Below, in pieces: positions 58,901 to 64,000 of a stretch of DNA of 64,000 nt. This DNA comes from Styela clava (Eukaryota). The position numbers were made by a program, and so were the translations under genes. The notes below the pieces were generated by a model that was given only the letters and a program-made list of their open reading frames with translations, ran no database searches and had not been told where the DNA came from. Numbering within the stretch: the stretch's first letter is position 1; the number at the start of each line of letters is the position of its first letter. The stretch spans positions 22,258,001 to 22,322,000 of the forward strand of contig NC_135250.1 of NCBI RefSeq assembly GCF_964204865.1, written 5' to 3'.

Positions 58901-61227
58901 AAACAACTCTAATGTGATAATCTGAATTTTCTTTCAAATTTCTAAAAAAAAAATTTATCAAAGCATTTCTTTTAAAATCCAAATTTTCGAGATGCAAAAT
59001 TTGTTGAGATGCAAAAATGTTTAAAATAAAAACTGAGATTGATCACATCAAATTACTGACAATCGGAGTATTAATACAAATTCCTAAATGGTCTAATAAT
59101 CGAGTAATACATCAAATGTTTCTCACAGTCGAATTTTGCGCAATGGGCATGAAGTCCAGAGACATTGCGGATGCAGATATTTCAACCTCTTCCGATTGGG
59201 AAAGTTTTCATCATGGACAATATGGAAGATTAGATGAACAGCCTGCATCAAACCCAACTTCCTATGGAGCATGGATTTCTCGAAAACGTGAGTTTTAAAG
59301 TTTCTGAGTGAAATGCGATTATTATCGTGTCTTGATATTGCCAGATTATGCACTTCGTGGGTATCGATGCAGCATTTTTATGACAGAAGAGAGCAATGCT
59401 CAAATATATGGGACACGAAAACCAAAACGAAGTAGCCTAGTACTGGTATTAAATCTTTTTGATACGACTCCGTCTGACCACCAGATGGCTACGATTTCTA
59501 ACGCGGAACCGCCACAAATGCAATTTTTAATTTTGATGAGGTCATCACACAAAATCCAAATTGACAAGCAAATCCGATAGAGCTCACAGAAATTTTGCAA
59601 ATAAATAAAAGTAACTGCCTTCATGCGATAACAACAGTCTCTAACCACTGCAATGTCAGTGCAATTAGTCTAGCTAGTAGTTGAAGAGAAAAGCGATTTT
59701 TTTCACGAAACGAATACTAAAAACAACAACAACATAACGAGAATATCGGTCAGAGACCGAAAACTTATCGATCGAAAGTTAGGGGATCCCCCAAAACAGA
59801 AACTGCGGTTTCGATTCGAAAAATTCTGCAAACCCGAACTGGATTGTTTTGATTAGTTTTCAGCCAATATCAGAAATGTAGGAAACAATACTACTCGAGG
59901 AAATACTTTTATGAAGAATTCTGCAAATCCGAACTGGATTGTTTCGATTAGTTTCCAGCCAATAGCCTATTTCTGTATTTACTAATCCTATAGTTTGTGT
60001 CAAATACAACGGCGCTAACCCAGGTTGCGACGGCTATTCAAACACAGCCTAGCGATATTTTGGTGAGGAATTCTGCAACCCCGAACCTGATTTAGGGATA
60101 TGGACATTGCTTAAACTTTAAGGAGTAATTATAAGTAACGAGATACGATCTCGCGGCGTGTATCCTTCGCTCTGACTCAATAGTGTGGAAAATTTCTCGA
60201 AGGAAACTTGCGCATCGCGACGACGTCAAAGTTACAAGAGAGATATGGACAAGGCTCAAAGATTAATCACGAGATACGATCTAGCGGTGTGTATCCTTCG
60301 CTCTGACTCACTAGCGTGAAAACTTGCGCATCTGATACGCACACACACATTCAGCGCGTCTCGAAAATCTCTCGATTTGTGAAAATCCAGATATCTTCAT
60401 CACTAATTAATTAATAACTCGCTAATTATACGACATAATTCATCCAAAATCAATAGGCTTCTGGTCCGAGATATGATGAATGCACATGCAAAATTTGGAG
60501 CAGATTCAACCACGCCTTCGTGAGATATCGCGTGCATCTAACAGACACACAGACAGACATACATACAGACATACAGACAAATACCTATCAATATACTTAC
60601 CGATCTTAAGATCGATAAGTAATAACAAAACGATATATAGGTCCATATTGTGTCCAATAATATAAAAATATTAAATAAAATATATACCAATATATTTTCG
60701 GGATGGTTTATAATACTTGAAATGTAAAAGAAAATCTCGCATCAATTTATACCAATTGTCAAATGATGTTTTTCTTTTTCGAACGCTAGATTGAAATTTT
60801 AGTTTTTCTTTGAACTCTTTTGTTTCAGCTCAAATCGGAGACTGGATTCAAATCGATTTAAAAATTCCTAAAGCAGTGTCTGGAGTTGTAACACAAGGTA
60901 GGCCTAGTTATGATCAATGGGTGACTTCGTATAAAATCAAGTGCGGAAATTCTACAAACAGTTTCCAAATCATCATGGAAAATAATCAAGAGAAGGTAGG
61001 CACATTTTGTTGTAGGTTCAATTTAAACATCTAATTCTGTATTTAAGATTGTATTTAATATACTTTACCAGGTATTTCCGGGAAATAATGACCGAAATAC
61101 TAAAGTCACAAATATATTTCCCAATCCAGTGGTTTGCCGCTACGTGCGACTCTATCCACAGCGTTGGCACGGACATTTGAGCATGAGAATGGAAATACTT
61201 CGTGGAGAATGCTACGATTTCTACTGA
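55913..61227 (+). CDS. secreted collagen - coiled-coil neck - F5/8 type C (discoidin) protein, ~259 aa; exons 55913-56165, 56498-56542, 59129-59287, 60829-60995, 61072-61227
   Basis: Signal peptide, Cys-containing N-segment, 9 Gly-X-Y triplets, heptad neck. FA58C motifs CAMGMKSRDIADADISTSS, GRL, GAW, WIQIDL, GVVTQGR, QWVTSYK, VFPGNND, RYVRLYP, MRMEI..C. Intron phases 1,1,1,0 are consistent. Confidence 0.85.
56594..58698. mobile_element. non-autonomous hAT element enclosing a second hAT derivative, in intron 2 of the discoidin gene
   Basis: TIR CAGTGATTCCCAAA / TTTGGGAAGCACTG; GGGGGCGAT subterminal motifs at both ends; near-TSD atattacc/tattacac. Confidence 0.7.
56827..58084 (+). mobile_element. 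internally deleted hAT (Charlie/GTF2IRD2-type) transposon with transposase remnants
   Basis: TIR CAGTGGTCGGCAAA / TTTGCCGACCCCTG; N-terminal METRRKVDAEC (57558) and C-terminal SMFGSTYLCKPLFSKMN..K.RS...D.HLEN (57750-57860). No TSD seen. Partial relative at 63105-63390. Confidence 0.8.
59736..60623 (-). mobile_element. Helentron-associated HINE/DINE-1-like element nested in a GGACAC-family element (59385-60660)
   Basis: Subterminal inverted repeats ACTTATCGATC (59763) and GATCGATAAGT (60610); short IR acttaccgatc (60595); hairpin tcggtc-aga-gaccga (59746); (CAGA/CATA)n at 60541-60578; internal repeats x3 and x2. Confidence 0.75.
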
Positions 61228-62023
61228 GAAATCATTCAAGATTTTGAGTTGAATTTGATATTCAAATTAAAAAAAGTGTAAATTTTCGTTGTTAGAATTT
61301 TGTTGTTTCAATACTCTATGGCCAACTTTTGATCTTATTTTGACTTGTTGTGATGTCATGGGTACTGCTAGATAACCACTAAACTAGACTGAAATGTCAT
61401 AAACTTTTAAACCGTGAAGGAAAAAACTTAAAAACACAGCACAATACGAGACAATCGCAGCGGACTTGGGAGAAATAGAGAACCATGCGGACAGGAAGAA
61501 GCCCAAGGCAATTATGACATCATAACACCAAATCTAGTTACGGTTGACAACCGACGAATCGATGAGATTCAATAAAAATGTCTCATAAAACGCTAATTCT
61601 TCTGATAATTCCTATTAGAAATAAGATGACACGCAAAGTTTCTTGATTATAGACGCTTGCCATGAATGTTAACCATTTAAACCAGGGGTCGACAATTACT
61701 TCTTAATCGCGAATAGGAAAGGGATTTCAAACTTTCGTGACCCAAACCTTCCGTTGGTTACTGGATGCAACAAAATTCACTGGTTTATGCTTCTTTAAAC
61801 TTCATAGAATAAACTATGATATAATTTATCATACAACCGATCTATTTGAATAAAACAACTTCACTTAACCGATCATAATTGCTTCCATCTCTTCAAACGG
61901 CTTTTTACAACTATTGACATTTGGTGCGTTTTGTTATACTGCACTGAGCAACAGAACCAATTGTCGTTTGCATCATATTATTTATTATACGTTTCCATCC
62001 ATGGAAAAATGCATTTTATTCAT

Positions 62024-63756
62024 TTATGTTCCAATCTTGTTTTATCATTTCTGATGCCTTCCGTCCAATCATGTAACAAGGAGCTTGTGTGTTAGATGAC
62101 GTCACATGGGGCATGACTGATGCATCGACGACTCTTAGGCCCTCAACATGCCGGACCCTTCAAAACGAAATAAAGAGGTAAATAATGCGGACCGCTCCAA
62201 CAAAAATACTAAACCATGTAGTAAATAAGGATTCTTTGTTTATTGGATTGATATAAAATTGTATAGAGACATATACAAGTTCAGTTATGATAACTTTGTC
62301 ATATAGTTTGATTGTAAATAACCAATATATATCAAAAGAAATGATTGACCTACCTAAGTCTTTCGTCAACAACTGCCATTTCATCATCTTCTTGTCCTAT
62401 TTTAGCAGTACAACATGCGTGTGCTCCAAACCCAAAACTTTTCACGTAACATCGATAAAATTCATCGGGCCTTGAAAATAAATTTTTGTTAGGGTAGTGG
62501 TTTAGTGTCAGTAGATTTATTAATTGTTTGAAACATGGCACATGAATAACTAATTGTTAAATTCAGTTTTTCATTCATTCAGTAGTTATTTTATAAAGAA
62601 AGTATGATGAACTTGGATTCAATATTTAATTGCAGTTTGCTGTCACGCTAATGTTTAAATTGTTCATCCATCCAATGCAAAACCAAGACGGTTTTTGCTT
62701 TTTACTGAATCGTCTTCTATAAAATTTTGTCATGCTTTACTCGCTGTTGCATAGATGTAAGTGGATGGATACTTCACAAAACCCTAAAAATTTTCAACAG
62801 CAGCAGGCGCAGATATTACGTGGGAGAAATATTACCTGGGAGGGTTAGTGTAGAGCGATCCATTGCATACTTCAGGTGCAACATCATCCTAAATCCAATT
62901 TCTTTCATTGTTTTTGTCATTTCGAACTCTTCAAGCTTTCTAAATCCTAAAAAAGGATTTCTACGTTGGAACACCAGAAAGGCAAGATTTTATGCGTTTA
63001 TTGCATGTATGCAAGAGATCCTAACTACTTCCTTTCTTGTTTCGCGCAATTTTGACTTGCAGGAAAATTTGCTCGTGATTGAGCGTGCCAAATTGTTGTT
63101 GCCAGACCCGAAAAATTCTTTTTATACTATACCATTGCAAAATTTTTGGTGCTTATTTTAAGAGCGGTTTCGCGGGTTGGGTTTCCTCCTTTCTTTTTTT
63201 TTTATCTGTGTTTAGCCTGCGATTAAATTGATTACTGCAATTAAATTAAAACTCCTACGAAAACGAAATGATCATTGAGTTCCTTATTCATACATAAATT
63301 TCCGAAACAAAACTAAAAAATAACCAATGGCATGCAAAAAACATAATATGATAAAATGTTTACAACCATGCCTGAAAATATCTGAATGAATGACAAAAGT
63401 TTTTCAGTATAGACTGGGGGATGCGATACGGCCTAATACATTTAGAGCCTCAACCTTAATTAATCCGACACAGCAAGTTGGGGAATAGTATTTCACGCCA
63501 TTGCCATCTACTGGGTAGTACGTACAGTATGAATATTATATTTGAAGAATAGTTTCATTATTTCAAATGGATAGATATATGAATGTATTGGTCTCGGAAT
63601 AGATTTACCTTCTATGTGCATCTTTATATCATCTTCTTCCGACAGATAATTTGGATCAATAATAGGCTGATCTGAAGGATTCGTCGACTTTAATCGAATT
63701 TCACCTTTTGATTTGGGATGCTGAACTCCTATTATCGAATAGGTATAAAACGTATG
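62024..63756 (-). pseudogene. 3' part of a GMC oxidoreductase (glucose/choline dehydrogenase-like) gene with an apparent frameshift; exons 63756-63609, 62946-62836, 62470-62354, 62157-62024; 5' part unresolved or outside the window
   Basis: HPKSKGEIRLKSTNPSDQPIIDPNYL; [49 protein letters not shown]. The 111-nt exon exits in phase 1 while the next exon needs phase 2. Confidence 0.75.
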
Positions 63757-64000
63757 CTAAAAATAAAAGCAGTTGCAATATTAGATAAAATGTTATGGTT
63801 GAACGGTGGTACTTCATACTTCGTGGAAGCACATATATATTCCTGAAATGCCAGATTCCTCCCTTTCTTCATGTTCGTAGTACAATCTTGATATAAGTCC
63901 TTTACTGTACAAATTTCACATTTTGTCAATATCTCTCGTTTCATTGAATCAAATACAGTACATGAAGATCAATAATGAGTCATAAAACTGAAAGCAGGTT

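Noticed and set aside
62727-63161. 144-aa plus-strand ORF
   Set aside because: Antisense to a GMC exon and adjacent intron sequence; no independent coding signal.

Overview
AT-rich, intron-containing animal genomic DNA. Gene content, compact introns and repeat types fit an invertebrate chordate such as an ascidian, but that is inference. All gene models were spliced by hand with exon phases checked, and family calls rest on recalled motifs, not database searches. Genes in order: SPATA22 (+, 8 exons); a peroxisomal BAAT/ACOT-family enzyme with a Cys nucleophile (-, 5 exons); an SLC45 sugar/H+ symporter (+, 9 exons, one GC-AG intron); an SLC49-like MFS transporter with an intronless CDS (-); HPD (-, 11 exons); MZB1 (+, 3 exons); a secreted CUB/Thr-rich/chymotrypsin-elastase-type protease (+, 10 exons); a secreted collagen-neck-F5/8C (discoidin) protein (+, 5 exons); and the 3' part of a frameshifted GMC oxidoreductase (-). 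No intact host gene was found between ~10 and 23 kb. That stretch holds a ~1.1-1.3 kb-arm inverted duplication and two back-to-back decayed Gypsy copies. Introns carry many hAT MITEs, Mutator-like MITEs, Helentron-type (HINE) elements and SINE-like repeats. The most interesting candidate is the 55.9-61.2 kb gene: a collectin/ficolin-like body with a MASP-docking-like PGKxGP motif, but a discoidin head in place of a C-type lectin or fibrinogen domain.
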